A stretch of 64,000 nt of DNA from Gammaproteobacteria bacterium (GTDB taxonomy: Bacteria; Pseudomonadota; Gammaproteobacteria; QZLD01). Shown here piece by piece: positions 1 through 9,772 of this stretch; position 1 is the stretch's first letter, and every line of letters starts with the position of its first letter. The notes under the pieces are model-generated. The model searched no databases. It was not told the DNA's origin and worked only from the letters and a program-made list of their open reading frames with translations. The stretch covers positions 23,879 through 87,878 of the forward strand of contig JAWSVC010000013.1 of the NCBI GenBank assembly GCA_033852075.1. Direction: 5' to 3'. A program made the position numbers and the translations under genes.

Positions 1-767
1 CATCTAGAAAATTTCCAATAAAAGGTATGAAAGGTGAAAGCGGCTTACTTCCTGGTAGCGAAGCAAGTAGCTCCTATGTTAGAAAATACACTCGTGAATA
101 TATGGAAGATTGCCGTGTTTATCACTTCCATGACACAGGATCAACAGCTGGCTTTAAACTAGCTTCAGATTTAAATTCTTCCGACTATTTATTCCCAAAT
201 GCAAGTAACATCGCATCATTTTTATACCTTTTAAAAAATAGTAAAAATAACGACTTTACCAAATGCTATTCTGATATTGTTGAAGCAGTAAAAACAGTTT
301 CTCCATACTTCCATGATTTTTATCTAGAACCAAGGGGAGTTGAAGGAGAAGAGAAGGTATTACTGAAATGGCTCCACCGTGACCACGAAGACCCTTTTTC
401 AGCTAACCAATTATCAGATGGTACTGCACGATTTATATGTATGGCCACATTGTTTTTGCAGCCATATTCCTTACGTCCTAAAACTATTGTACTAGATGAA
501 CCTGAGCTAGGATTACACCCTGCAGCCTTGGAAGTATTAGCTGAGATAGTAAAGTCAACTTCAACTGAGAACCAAGTTATTTGTTCAACGCAATCGGTTA
601 CATTTGCAAATCACTTTAATGCAAATGATTTTATCGTTGTAGATCAGCTTAATGGCGCTTCAACCTTTAAAAGAGTCGAAGAAGAAGAACTACAAGAATG
701 GCTTAAAGATTATTCAATGGGAGATATCTGGACTAAAAACATTATAGGGGGGCGTCCAGAATGGTAA
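1..767 (+). CDS. ABC/AAA_21-type (OLD/AriA-like) ATPase, C-terminal part; N-terminus lies outside the window
   Basis: The reading frame stays open to base 1, with no in-frame stop upstream of the listed Met at 27. It has an ABC signature-like LSDGTARF, a Walker B IVLDEPELGLHP, and a following VICSTQS region. The stop overlaps the next start (ATGGTAA at 761-767). Confidence 0.7.
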   Translation, partial: SRKFPIKGMKGESGLLPGSEASSSYVRKYTREYMEDCRVYHFHDTGSTAGFKLASDLNSSDYLFPNASNIASFLYLLKNSKNNDFTKCYSDIVEAVKTVSPYFHDFYLEPRGVEGEEKVLLKWLHRDHEDPFSANQLSDGTARFICMATLFLQPYSLRPKTIVLDEPELGLHPAALEVLAEIVKSTSTENQVICSTQSVTFANHFNANDFIVVDQLNGASTFKRVEEEELQEWLKDYSMGDIWTKNIIGGRPEW

Positions 768-1360
768 GAGTAGGCATATCCGTTGAAGGAACTACAGAAG
801 AAAGATTTATTAAAGCCGCTCTAGCTCCGTATCTTCAAAAAAAAGGGGTATATATAGTACCGATATCCTTAGGTGGTGACGTAAGCATAGACAAAGTAAA
901 AGATGAGCTGAAAAAAATTGCCAACAGTTTTGATTACATAACTACACTCTATGATTTTTATGGTTTCAAAAGAAAGTGCGAAAACGATAACAAAGACAGC
1001 TTAGAAAATAAACTTAAAAGCGCTGCTCACGATAATGTAAAACCCAAATTAATACCTTACGTTCAAATGTATGAATTTGAAGGGATTCTTTTTTCATGCC
1101 CAGAAGCAATGGAACAAGTATTAAATAAAAAAGGAATACAACAGTGGGCGGAAAAAATTCTTAAAGAATTTAAAAACAATCCTGAAGCTATTAATAATTC
1201 AAAGGAAACAGCTCCCTCTAAACGCTTGGAAAAGCACACAGGGTATAGAAAAACGACTCATGGGCCAAACATTGCAAAAGAGATTGGAATAGAAAAAATA
1301 CGTACCATGTGCGCCGGATTTGACGAGTGGTTGAATAAACTGGAAGCTTTAGCTATTTAG
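761..1360 (+). CDS. DUF4276-like protein, partner of the upstream ATPase
   Basis: 199 aa. The N-terminus MVRVGISVEGTTEERFIKAAL matches my recollection of the DUF4276 N-terminal EG-x-TE motif. It is translationally coupled to the ATPase by a 7-nt overlap. Confidence 0.55.
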   Translation: MVRVGISVEGTTEERFIKAALAPYLQKKGVYIVPISLGGDVSIDKVKDELKKIANSFDYITTLYDFYGFKRKCENDNKDSLENKLKSAAHDNVKPKLIPYVQMYEFEGILFSCPEAMEQVLNKKGIQQWAEKILKEFKNNPEAINNSKETAPSKRLEKHTGYRKTTHGPNIAKEIGIEKIRTMCAGFDEWLNKLEALAI

Positions 1361-1406
1361 TCAATAGTATGCAATCATCCTACACCTAACCTCTTTTAAT
1401 ATTTCC

Positions 1407-1570
1407 TACTTCAGATAACCACCAAATTCACTTTTAATAGTTGAGACAGGAATAGTGGCGCCAAGACCCTGATGCATTTATGAATTTTGAGATAATTTTA
1501 ATGTAATAACGTCTATGACTTCACCATTTTCATTTACAAGCGAACCACAAATGTTTCCAGAAAGGATCAG
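1407..1570 (-). pseudogene. Decayed duplicate of the 3' end of the trypsin-like protease gene at 2247-3434
   Basis: It aligns without gaps to 2247-2410. It translates as ILSGNICGSLVNENGEVIDVITLKLSQNS*MHQGLGATIPVSTIKSEFGGYLK*, against ILPGNSGGPLVNEAGEVIGVNTLKLSQTSSMQQGFGAAIPVSTIKSEFGDYLQ* in the intact gene. The catalytic Ser motif is destroyed and there is an in-frame stop. Confidence 0.8.
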
Positions 1571-1653
1571 ATATTTCATAGGGTTGTATAACGCCAATTT
1601 GGATAGTATCATATTACTATATAACACAAACACTATGCACAGGAAAAACTTCT

Positions 1654-2151
1654 ATGTTTAATCAAAATTCCAAATTAGCATTATTTATATTTATCAGCAT
1701 TATACTTCCAATTGTAAATATTGGATGTTCAACTAATCATGCTTCAACACCTAAAAAATATCACCAAATTGTAGATCTTGCAGAAACAAGTTCTAATTGC
1801 CTATTCCCTACGAAATTTTTAGAAGAATTAATTTACGATTATTTCACCGCTTTACAATCTCAAAATATGGAATTTCTTTCTTCTCTTTTTTCTGATGATT
1901 ATTTAGATGATGGAGTAAACAAACAAGAATTTTTAGATATCTTAACTTTAGTTGCTGGAGTAATTGATGACTCCGATGGAAAAAACTTTTGCATTTACCG
2001 TGCAGAGCCACATCCCAGCAATCCTGATTTATATATTGTTGAGATCCGCTGGAACTTTCACGCTGGTCACTTTTGGATGGGATCTCAAAGCGATATGATT
2101 AGGCGCGAAAATGGCAAATGGAAATGGTACGGAAACCAAAGAAAAAAATAG
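1654..2151 (+). CDS. Hypothetical lipoprotein
   Basis: 165 aa ORF with a hydrophobic signal sequence ending in a lipobox-like VNIGC. I recognised no other family motif. Confidence 0.55.
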   Translation: MFNQNSKLALFIFISIILPIVNIGCSTNHASTPKKYHQIVDLAETSSNCLFPTKFLEELIYDYFTALQSQNMEFLSSLFSDDYLDDGVNKQEFLDILTLVAGVIDDSDGKNFCIYRAEPHPSNPDLYIVEIRWNFHAGHFWMGSQSDMIRRENGKWKWYGNQRKK

Positions 2152-2246
2152 CAGACGATTACACTATTTATTACTTAGTTTCGCATAATATTCCATGTTT
2201 AAATATCACGAATGGTTAAGTAATTTTCAGGCTCGACTAATTAAGC

Positions 2247-3434
2247 CTACTGCAAATAGTCACCAAACTCACTTTTAATGGTTGATACAGGAATAGCGGC
2301 GCCAAAACCTTGCTGCATTGATGATGTTTGAGATAACTTTAGTGTATTTACACCTATAACTTCACCTGCCTCGTTTACAAGAGGACCTCCACTATTTCCA
2401 GGAAGAATTTGTGTATCAGTAAAAAGAAAATCTTCATCTATTCTTGTTATAATACCGGATGTTACAGAGTCTCTCATTCCAAGTGGACTACCCACTGCAA
2501 AAACCTTTTTACCTTGCTGCTGAATTTTTTCATCATTAAAAAGTAATGCCGGTGTAACCTTCCCTTTGATTTGTAACAAAGCTAAATCATGTTTTTTACT
2601 TATATGTATTAGTTGCGCTTGCAGCTCAGTATCATCTTTGAGAAAAACTTTAAAATTCCTACTTGCCTGAGTTAAGCTTGATGCCCAATTTCTCTCGGAT
2701 ATCTGCTTATCGATAACTTGCTTTCTCGCTTTGTAATCATCAAACATCCTATTATAGTTTGCTAACTGACGCTTATAGCTTTTTTCATATGCCTCAAGAT
2801 CTCTATTAGCAATTCCACTTTCAGAGCTATCTTCTGATTTATTAGACACTTGCTTTCGGTATTCTTTTAATTCCTTTAAGTATTCATCAAGACGACTTTT
2901 TTCTTTTCTTAATTTTAGTTTTACTCCATCCAACTTGTCTTTTGCCAATTCAAGCTCTTGCTGCTGTTCTTGCCACTGTTTTGTTGATGTTGGGCGAATA
3001 ACATGCTTGTTTGTGACAATATAACCGCTATCACTAACAAAAAAACCAGAACCACTGCCAGCTGGAGTTTCAATTGCAACTACCGCCATTGTTACCTGTG
3101 TAATCAGAGAAGTATCTGGATATTTTTCCAACAGTTGTTTTTTTAAATCATCTTGAACATTTGTAGATTCAGTACTTCCTGGTACTTTATCGTCGCGGGT
3201 AGAACCATATGCTTGTTGCTGTGCTTCAATGTTTGCAGGAGGCCTGTCACCATAAACCCACCTACCATTTTCATCCTTCCATTTATATACCTCAGCATGT
3301 GCAAATATAGCGACAACAAATAAAACAACTCCAATCGATATTTGAGCAGAATTTTTTATAAAATTTGTCTGTATAGATCTAAAGAATATTTGGAATATAC
3401 TTGCAATAACTCGGCAACCCATAAGTTTCCCCAT
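2247..3434 (-). CDS. Trypsin-like (S1, DegP-like) serine protease with an N-terminal DUF4124-like motif and a long coiled-coil insertion
   Basis: It has an N-terminal membrane anchor or signal, then VYKWKDENGRWVYGDRPP (DUF4124-like). The catalytic triad context is TNKHV (His), HDLALLQI (Asp) and GNSGGPLVN (Ser). About 110 K/E/Q-rich residues lie between His and Asp. Confidence 0.8.
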   Translation of the reverse strand: MGKLMGCRVIASIFQIFFRSIQTNFIKNSAQISIGVVLFVVAIFAHAEVYKWKDENGRWVYGDRPPANIEAQQQAYGSTRDDKVPGSTESTNVQDDLKKQLLEKYPDTSLITQVTMAVVAIETPAGSGSGFFVSDSGYIVTNKHVIRPTSTKQWQEQQQELELAKDKLDGVKLKLRKEKSRLDEYLKELKEYRKQVSNKSEDSSESGIANRDLEAYEKSYKRQLANYNRMFDDYKARKQVIDKQISERNWASSLTQASRNFKVFLKDDTELQAQLIHISKKHDLALLQIKGKVTPALLFNDEKIQQQGKKVFAVGSPLGMRDSVTSGIITRIDEDFLFTDTQILPGNSGGPLVNEAGEVIGVNTLKLSQTSSMQQGFGAAIPVSTIKSEFGDYLQ

Positions 3435-3590
3435 TTAAAATTAAATAATGAAGAAATAATATCAAATATACATTACCAAGCACAGAGCGAACTCTGTTAT
3501 TTAATTTTCAAACGCTTGTATTTTGATCATTAGTAATTTTATCTGTAAAATTCATTTTCTTTATAAATAAACACATGGAGCATCCTTAAA

Positions 3591-4307
3591 ATGGGAAGAG
3601 CCTTTCAAAACCGTAAAGAATCTATGGCTAAAACCTCGGATATGAAAGCCAAGGTTTATAGTAAATATGGTAGAGAGATCTACGTTTGCGCAAAATCTGG
3701 AGGTGTTGACCCTGATGGCAACCTTTCACTGCGCAGCTTGATTGACAAGGCAAAAAAAGACCAAGTCCCATCCCATGTTATTGAAAAAGCTATTAATAAA
3801 GCCAAAGGTGGTGGTGGAGAAGACTTTGCCTTAGCACGTTATGAAGGGTTTGGACCAGGTGGCACAATGGTTATTGTAGATTGCTTAACCGATAACCCTA
3901 CCCGCACCTTTAATGATGTACGCCTTTGCTTTACCAAATCAAAATGTAAACTTGGTGCAGAAGGCAGTGTAAGCCATATGTTTGATCACTCTGCCATTAT
4001 GGTATTTAAGAATGATAACGAAGACACTGTGTTTGAGGCTCTTTTAGAAGCGGATATTGATGTTACTGATATTGAGGGAGAAGACGGTAAGATTACCGTA
4101 TTTGTTCCACATACAGAGCAGCATAAAACTAAACAAGCATTGGAAGCCGCTTTCGGTGATATTGAATTTGAAGTAGATGAGATCCAGTTCGTACCTAAAA
4201 ACACCACTCCAATTTCTGGAGATGATGTTGAAGTTCTGGAAAAACTGGTAGATCTACTGAACTTTAATGATGACGTACAAAACGTATATCATGATGCTGA
4301 GTATTGA
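3591..4307 (+). CDS. YebC/PmpR (TACO1) family transcriptional regulator, YeeN-like subgroup
   Basis: 238 aa. [30 protein letters not shown] and the rest of the protein have the typical YebC family layout. The start is preceded by GGAGCA. Confidence 0.9.
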   Translation: MGRAFQNRKESMAKTSDMKAKVYSKYGREIYVCAKSGGVDPDGNLSLRSLIDKAKKDQVPSHVIEKAINKAKGGGGEDFALARYEGFGPGGTMVIVDCLTDNPTRTFNDVRLCFTKSKCKLGAEGSVSHMFDHSAIMVFKNDNEDTVFEALLEADIDVTDIEGEDGKITVFVPHTEQHKTKQALEAAFGDIEFEVDEIQFVPKNTTPISGDDVEVLEKLVDLLNFNDDVQNVYHDAEY

Positions 4308-4339
4308 TTAATACTTGTACCATTATTCTAAACCGTCAT

Positions 4340-4394
4340 GCCGGCGAATGCCGGCTTCCAGATTTAAGATTTTCCACACGTGTGGAAAATCTTA
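4340..4394. terminator. Two hairpins between convergent yebC-like and greB genes
   Basis: The first is GCCGGC-GAAT-GCCGGC (4340-4355). The second is the perfect palindrome AAGATTTTCCACAC/GTGTGGAAAATCTT (4367-4394), followed by ATTTTT on the plus strand. The right arm abuts the greB stop codon. Confidence 0.6.
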
Positions 4395-4883
4395 TTTTTC
4401 CTCTTCCCCTCCTTCATACTCAATCGTATTAATAAACCAAACAACTTCTCCATCAGGTGTACGCACTACCACCTCATCATCTACTTCTTTGCCAAACAAA
4501 GCCTTTGCCATTGGGGAATTTACCGATATATATCCCTTCTTATCATCATATATTTCGTCCTTGCCGACTATACGAAAACGCTTAGTTTCACCTTTCTCGT
4601 TTTCGATTTCTACCCAGGCACCAAAGAATACCTTTCCTTCCTGTTCTGGTGAATAATACACAGGCCGTAGATCATCTAAGCGCTTCCTTAAGAATCTGAT
4701 TCTTCTATCTGTCTCTCTCAATAATTTCTTATTATATAGATAATCCGCATTTTCACTTCTATCGCCTAAAGAAGCAGCCCAGGCTACTTTTTTTGTTATC
4801 TCAGGTCTTTTTTTTAGCCAAAGAAAGTCGAGTTCTTTTTTTAATGATTGAAAACCTTCCGGTGTAATGTAATTTGATTTCAA
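4392..4883 (-). CDS. greB: Transcription elongation factor GreB
   Basis: 163 aa. The motifs are NYITPEGFQSLKKELDFLW, RPEITKKVAWAASLGDRSENADY and, at the C-terminus, SPMAKALFGKEVDDEV. Confidence 0.85.
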   Translation of the reverse strand: MKSNYITPEGFQSLKKELDFLWLKKRPEITKKVAWAASLGDRSENADYLYNKKLLRETDRRIRFLRKRLDDLRPVYYSPEQEGKVFFGAWVEIENEKGETKRFRIVGKDEIYDDKKGYISVNSPMAKALFGKEVDDEVVVRTPDGEVVWFINTIEYEGGEEEK

Positions 4884-4953
4884 TTATTATTACCAATTAA
4901 ATACTTAATACGAAAAACCTACCAGAATTGATAGGTTCAACTAGAATTACATT

Positions 4954-6003
4954 ATGACACTTTTATTCATATATATCTTTATAGCTTTGGTTTTTTCATT
5001 TCTTTGCTCAGTTGCCGAAGCTGTTTTGCTAAGCGTCACCCCTTCCTATGTAACTGTTTTAGAAAAAAAGCATAATAAAGCAGGCAAGACACTTAAAAAA
5101 CTTAAATCCGATATCAATAAACCTCTTGCAGCGATTCTTACACTAAATACTGTTGCTCATACAATTGGCGCAGCAGGAGCAGGAGCACAAGCAGCCAAGG
5201 TATTTGGCAACAACTATGTTGGCCTTGCTTCAGCAATACTTACCCTTCTAATACTTATTTTTTCAGAAATCATCCCCAAAACCTTGGGCGCTAGTCATTG
5301 GAAAGTGTTAGCACCTATTACAGCTATCAGCCTCAAATATTTAACTCTGATACTTTTTCCATTTGTATGGATGTCGGAAAAAATTACTAGCGGAATGGTT
5401 AAAGAAACCTCACTGACCGGATTCAGCCGCGCGGAGTTTTCTGCAATGGCAGATCTTGGCGCCAAAGAAGGAAAAATTGCTGACGAAGAATCGAGTATTC
5501 TGAAAAATCTGCTCCTACTTAGAGACACAAATATTAAAACAGCCATGACCCCGAGACCAGTAATATTTTCTTTACCAGAACACTTACTAATTCAAGAATA
5601 TTTCCACAAATACGACAAAGAACCATTCTCTCGCATACTTACATACAAAAAGGATAAAGACGATATAAACGGCTTCGTTATGCGTAACGACTTGTTATTG
5701 GCGCAAGCAAGAGGTAATAGCAAAAATAAACTTAAAAACTATCGCCGTGACATTAGCGCCATACTAAACACATCATCTATCTTGCATGTTTTTAGCGAGA
5801 TGTTGCGGCAAAGTGCTCACATAATCTTAATAGTAGATGAATATGGTACCGTAGATGGCATTATAACTATGGAAGATATTTTCGAAACTCTATTAGGCTT
5901 AGAAATAATAGATGAGCATGACAAAGCCAAAGATATGCAAATTCTGGCTAGAAAAAAATGGATAAAAAAAGCTATCCGCAAAGGGTTTAAAATTGGTAAA
6001 TAA
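4954..6003 (+). CDS. CNNM/DUF21 membrane domain plus CBS-pair protein (hemolysin-like, no CorC_HlyC tail)
   Basis: 349 aa with N-terminal TM helices and SEIIPKTLG (the DUF21 hallmark). A CBS-pair region follows (TAMTPRP ... GIITMEDIFETLLGLEI). Confidence 0.8.
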   Translation: MTLLFIYIFIALVFSFLCSVAEAVLLSVTPSYVTVLEKKHNKAGKTLKKLKSDINKPLAAILTLNTVAHTIGAAGAGAQAAKVFGNNYVGLASAILTLLILIFSEIIPKTLGASHWKVLAPITAISLKYLTLILFPFVWMSEKITSGMVKETSLTGFSRAEFSAMADLGAKEGKIADEESSILKNLLLLRDTNIKTAMTPRPVIFSLPEHLLIQEYFHKYDKEPFSRILTYKKDKDDINGFVMRNDLLLAQARGNSKNKLKNYRRDISAILNTSSILHVFSEMLRQSAHIILIVDEYGTVDGIITMEDIFETLLGLEIIDEHDKAKDMQILARKKWIKKAIRKGFKIGK

Positions 6004-7015
6004 AAACCCCCCAATAAATATTTTATTTTTATCTCCATTACTGGAAGGAGCTGGCAATTATACAACTGCCCATAGAATTTATAATGAGATAAAAAAATCA
6101 CACAATGTAATCTTGGTAGATACTTATAAAACTGAAATAAAAGATTTAGAACTCATTATTAAACAAAATGATTTTGATATAGCAATAGGGTTACATGCTC
6201 TACATGCTGGGAAATTATTGATTAATATTAAACTGCCTTATGCTCTTATTATGGGTGGTACCGACATGTACCAACACTTTGGAACTGAAAATTTTGAAAT
6301 AATGCTTAAAGCAATTCAGATGGCAAAAAAAGTAGTTGCCTTTAGTGAAGAAAACCTGATAAAAACAAATAAACTTTGCCCTGGAGTATTAGAAAAAGGA
6401 GTTTGTATTCCGCAATCTATAGCAGTTAATGATATTAATAACGATTTTAATATAAGAGTTTTTTTAGATCTTCCCCAAACAACAAAATTGGTACTTTTGC
6501 CTGCAGGTATAAGAGCTGTTAAAGATCCATTCATGCTTGTTGATGCCTTCTCAAAACTTCACCAGTCAAATACTGATTTTCACCTATGTATTATTGGCCA
6601 AATTCTCGAACCAGATTTCGCAAAAAAGCATTTAGAAAAGATTAAATCAATATCTGGAATACAATATATAAATAAACTTCCCCGCCCCAAAGTTTTGTCA
6701 GCTATACAGCAAGCAGATATTGTTTTGAATACCTCAATATCTGAGGGTATGAGTAGCGCTATTCTTGAAGCTATGGCATTACATACAACTGTTGTAGCAA
6801 GAAGCAATGATGGTAACGAATCGATTATTGAACATGGTAAAACCGGGTTTATTTTTAATACCGCCAGTGAAGCTATTGAGCTTATTAAATTTATTCTGAC
6901 AGATAATAAAGTACTTAAAGAAATTGATACTAATTGTCAGATCTATCTAGATAAAAACCATAGCGCCAAAATTGAAAAAAGTTTGTATAACAAAGTAATA
7001 ATGGAATTGGTTTAG
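5993..7015 (+). CDS. Glycosyltransferase, GT-B fold (GT4-like)
   Basis: 340 aa. The C-terminal half has the typical EGMSSAILEAMALHTTVVARSNDGNESIIEHGKTGFIF (E-x7-E-like) motif. The listed start is TTG and overlaps the preceding stop, so the start is uncertain. Confidence 0.7.
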   Translation: MVNKNPPINILFLSPLLEGAGNYTTAHRIYNEIKKSHNVILVDTYKTEIKDLELIIKQNDFDIAIGLHALHAGKLLINIKLPYALIMGGTDMYQHFGTENFEIMLKAIQMAKKVVAFSEENLIKTNKLCPGVLEKGVCIPQSIAVNDINNDFNIRVFLDLPQTTKLVLLPAGIRAVKDPFMLVDAFSKLHQSNTDFHLCIIGQILEPDFAKKHLEKIKSISGIQYINKLPRPKVLSAIQQADIVLNTSISEGMSSAILEAMALHTTVVARSNDGNESIIEHGKTGFIFNTASEAIELIKFILTDNKVLKEIDTNCQIYLDKNHSAKIEKSLYNKVIMELV

Positions 7016-7016
7016 C

Positions 7017-7044
7017 ATAGAGGCAATTAATTAATTGCCTCTAT
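7017..7044. terminator. Bidirectional hairpin between the glycosyltransferase and metE
   Basis: A perfect palindrome ATAGAGGCAATTAA/TTAATTGCCTCTAT lies between two convergent stop codons. Confidence 0.6.
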
Positions 7045-7080
7045 AAAATCAAATAACCATAACTAAATTTTTCTTATAAA

Positions 7081-9345
7081 TCACCTTAGGCAATTAGCTG
7101 CTTCTACCATATTTTTCAAAGAAGAAAGTGTCTCTGGCCAAGCTCTGGTTTTAAGACCACAGTCAGGATTTACCCATAATCGCTCTTCCGGAATTCTTTG
7201 AGCAGCCTTTTTCATCAAATTAACCATATAATCCACATCAGGCACATTTGGCGAATGGATATCATAAACACCAGGACCAATCTCATTTGGATAACTAAAT
7301 TGATCAAATACATCCAATAGTTCCATATCTGAACGCGATGTTTCTATGGTAATCACATCAGCATCCATATCTGCAATTGCTGAAATAATATCGTTGAATT
7401 CAGAATAACACATATGAGTATGTATCTGAGTTTCATCACTTACGCCATTAGCTGTAATTTGAAATGCTTCTACGGCCCATTTAAGATACTTACCCCATTC
7501 TGATTTTCTAAGAGGAATACCTTCTCTAAGAGCCGCCTCGTCAATTTGAATTATATCAATACCAGCTTTTTCCAAATCCAACACTTCTTCTCTAATTGCT
7601 AGAGCGATTTGATTACAAACAACTGATCTTGGAATATCATCACGCACAAATGACCAATTTAGAATGGTAACAGGTCCTGTTAACATCCCCTTCATAGGTT
7701 TGTTTGTTAATGACTGTGCATAGGTTATCCATTTAACAGTAATGGGTGCTGGTCGCGAAATATCTCCATAAATTATTGGTGGTTTTACGCAACGAGAACC
7801 ATATGATTGCACCCAACCAAATTCGCTAAAGATATATCCATTCAGATGTTCACCGAAATACTCAACCATATCATTTCTTTCTGCTTCCCCATGAACTAAA
7901 ACATCTAATCCCAGGTCTTCTTGAATTTTGACTACATTTTTAATCTCATCTTTCATTTTTTGCTCATATATAGCCTTATTAATTTCACCTTTTTTAAACT
8001 TTAGCCTGGTTGAGCGTATCTCTTTGGTTTGAGGAAATGATCCAATAGTTGTTGTTGGATATGCAGGTAATTTAAACTTTGCCTTTTGTATTTCTGCACG
8101 CTTTTTATATGTGCTCTCGCGTCTAAGCATATATGGCAAAACATTCAGCAATTTACGCTGTACATCTGGATTGTTTACTCTTGATGATTTTCGCCTATTC
8201 AACATAAGAGTATAATTTTCATCCAGCTCAGATTGTACTGCTGCCCTACCTTCTTTTAATGCCTTGGAAACTATTTTTAGTTCCTCAAGCTTTTGAACAG
8301 CAAATGCCAACCATGACTTAATTTCGCTATCCATTTTTTCTTCTAATTCAAGATCAGCTGGCACATGTAATAACGAACAAGATGGAGCAATCCATAATCT
8401 ATCACCAAGCTGCTGTGCAATTGGCTCTAACCAATTTAAAAGAGCGGTAAGATTGGTCTTCCAAATGTTTCTTCCATCAATCACCCCTAACGATAACTGC
8501 ATATTATCTGGCAATTGCTCAATAATGGTTCTGATTTCCGATTTACCCCTTACTGCATCTATATGAATTGCATCAACCGATAATGAAACTACAGTATTCA
8601 GATTTTCTTGGAGTTTTCCAAAGTATGTTGCTAATAAAATTTTAATCTTGGCTTTTGATAGTTCGGCATATGCTGTTTTAAACATTTCTTGCCATTCTTG
8701 ATCAAGCTCCGTAACCAAAGCGGGTTCATCTATCTGCACCCATTCAACACCGCTTGCAGACAGGGTATCTAATAATTTTTTATATTCTGGAATTATTCTT
8801 TTTAGAAGATCTTTCTTGTCGGAATTATCCTTCTCTTTACCAAGCCATAAATAGGTAACTGGACCAATAATTACCGGCTTAACTGCTAAATTAGCTGAAC
8901 GAGCTTCTATTATCTGCTCAATTATTTTTTGTGGATTTAGACTGAATTGAGTGTCGGCATAAAACTCTGGAACAATGTAATGATAATTGGCATCAAACCA
9001 TTTGGTCATTTCCCCTGCATGAATACTATCTTCATCATTATCATTAGCTGAACGTCCACGCGCAACTCTAAAAAATTTATCTAATTCGCTTCCTTGAGTT
9101 TTTTTAGCTCGCTCAGGAATATTTCCCAGTATAAAACTCATATCAAGAACATGATCATATAACGAAAAATCACCAACAGGAACAAAGTCCAAAAACTCCT
9201 GCAAATTCCAATTTGCACTCCTTATCTGTTGTCCTGAAGCTATTAGCTGATCTTCTGAGATCTCACCTTTCCAAAAAGACTCCTGCGCAAATTTAAGCTC
9301 GCGGTTCGAACCTATTCGAGGAAACCCTAATATATGTGTTTTCAT
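7081..9345 (-). CDS. metE: Cobalamin-independent methionine synthase (5-methyltetrahydropteroyltriglutamate-homocysteine methyltransferase)
   Basis: 754 aa. It starts [19 protein letters not shown] and has the full-length two-domain MetE layout. The C-terminal zinc-site context is HTHMCYSEF ... NPDCGLKTR. Confidence 0.95.
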   Translation of the reverse strand: MKTHILGFPRIGSNRELKFAQESFWKGEISEDQLIASGQQIRSANWNLQEFLDFVPVGDFSLYDHVLDMSFILGNIPERAKKTQGSELDKFFRVARGRSANDNDEDSIHAGEMTKWFDANYHYIVPEFYADTQFSLNPQKIIEQIIEARSANLAVKPVIIGPVTYLWLGKEKDNSDKKDLLKRIIPEYKKLLDTLSASGVEWVQIDEPALVTELDQEWQEMFKTAYAELSKAKIKILLATYFGKLQENLNTVVSLSVDAIHIDAVRGKSEIRTIIEQLPDNMQLSLGVIDGRNIWKTNLTALLNWLEPIAQQLGDRLWIAPSCSLLHVPADLELEEKMDSEIKSWLAFAVQKLEELKIVSKALKEGRAAVQSELDENYTLMLNRRKSSRVNNPDVQRKLLNVLPYMLRRESTYKKRAEIQKAKFKLPAYPTTTIGSFPQTKEIRSTRLKFKKGEINKAIYEQKMKDEIKNVVKIQEDLGLDVLVHGEAERNDMVEYFGEHLNGYIFSEFGWVQSYGSRCVKPPIIYGDISRPAPITVKWITYAQSLTNKPMKGMLTGPVTILNWSFVRDDIPRSVVCNQIALAIREEVLDLEKAGIDIIQIDEAALREGIPLRKSEWGKYLKWAVEAFQITANGVSDETQIHTHMCYSEFNDIISAIADMDADVITIETSRSDMELLDVFDQFSYPNEIGPGVYDIHSPNVPDVDYMVNLMKKAAQRIPEERLWVNPDCGLKTRAWPETLSSLKNMVEAANCLR

Positions 9346-9487
9346 TTGTTACTCCTTTAGATTATTAAACAAGGAGCAACGACGGCGGCGGTTTTCAGAC
9401 ACGAAAATAAAAACAATAGGACATACCAATATCACTATTGAGTATATTTACGTACCAGTCTTATCGCGAGACTGTCGTGCTCTAAGT

Positions 9488-9621
9488 GCTTGGGCGTCTC
9501 CTGGCTTCTGACTCCTTTTTGTATAGCCTTCCCACATATACTTATGCAGTGACTAATACAGGTAATTGTCAGTTACAGTGGCGCGTCCGCTACGGATTTT
9601 CACCGTATTCCGTTCCCAAGC
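9488..9621 (-). promoter_or_regulatory. Cobalamin (B12) riboswitch aptamer in the metE leader
   Basis: The minus strand reads GCTTGGGAACGGAATACGGTGAAAATCCGTAGCGGACGCGCCACTGTAA ... GTCACTG ... TGGGAAGGC ... AGTCAGAAGCCAGGAGACGCCCAAGC. P1 is GCTTGGG/CCCAAGC, and the conserved GGTGAAAATCC core and B12 box are present. Downstream, CTCCTT (plus 9371-9376) can pair with the AAGGAG SD (plus 9353-9358). Confidence 0.9.
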
Positions 9622-9693
9622 TCACTAACTCTTTTTCAAGAGGGGAAGCAAATTTAACAAAATTCTAAGATTAATCAAATTAAAATATTCAAT

Positions 9694-9732
9694 AAAAAAA
9701 CCGCCGATGAATAGAGCATTAGCGGTTTTTAA
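9694..9732 (-). terminator. Hairpin flanked by A/T runs downstream of ORF 9773-10192
   Basis: AAAAACCGC ... GCGGTTTTT, with T and A runs on both sides. It separates the hypothetical gene from the metE leader. Confidence 0.55.
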
Positions 9733-9772
9733 AAAAATTGCGTTTTCTTGGTTCTAATTATTACTATGGATT

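Noticed and set aside
4315-4656. Two plus-strand ORFs (113 and 90 aa) overlapping greB.
   Set aside because: They are antisense to a full-length GreB with clear family motifs. Their translations are Ser/Phe-rich shadow frames.
9486-9668. 60-aa plus-strand ORF upstream of metE.
   Set aside because: It coincides with the cobalamin riboswitch on the opposite strand, so the conservation there is RNA structure, not coding.
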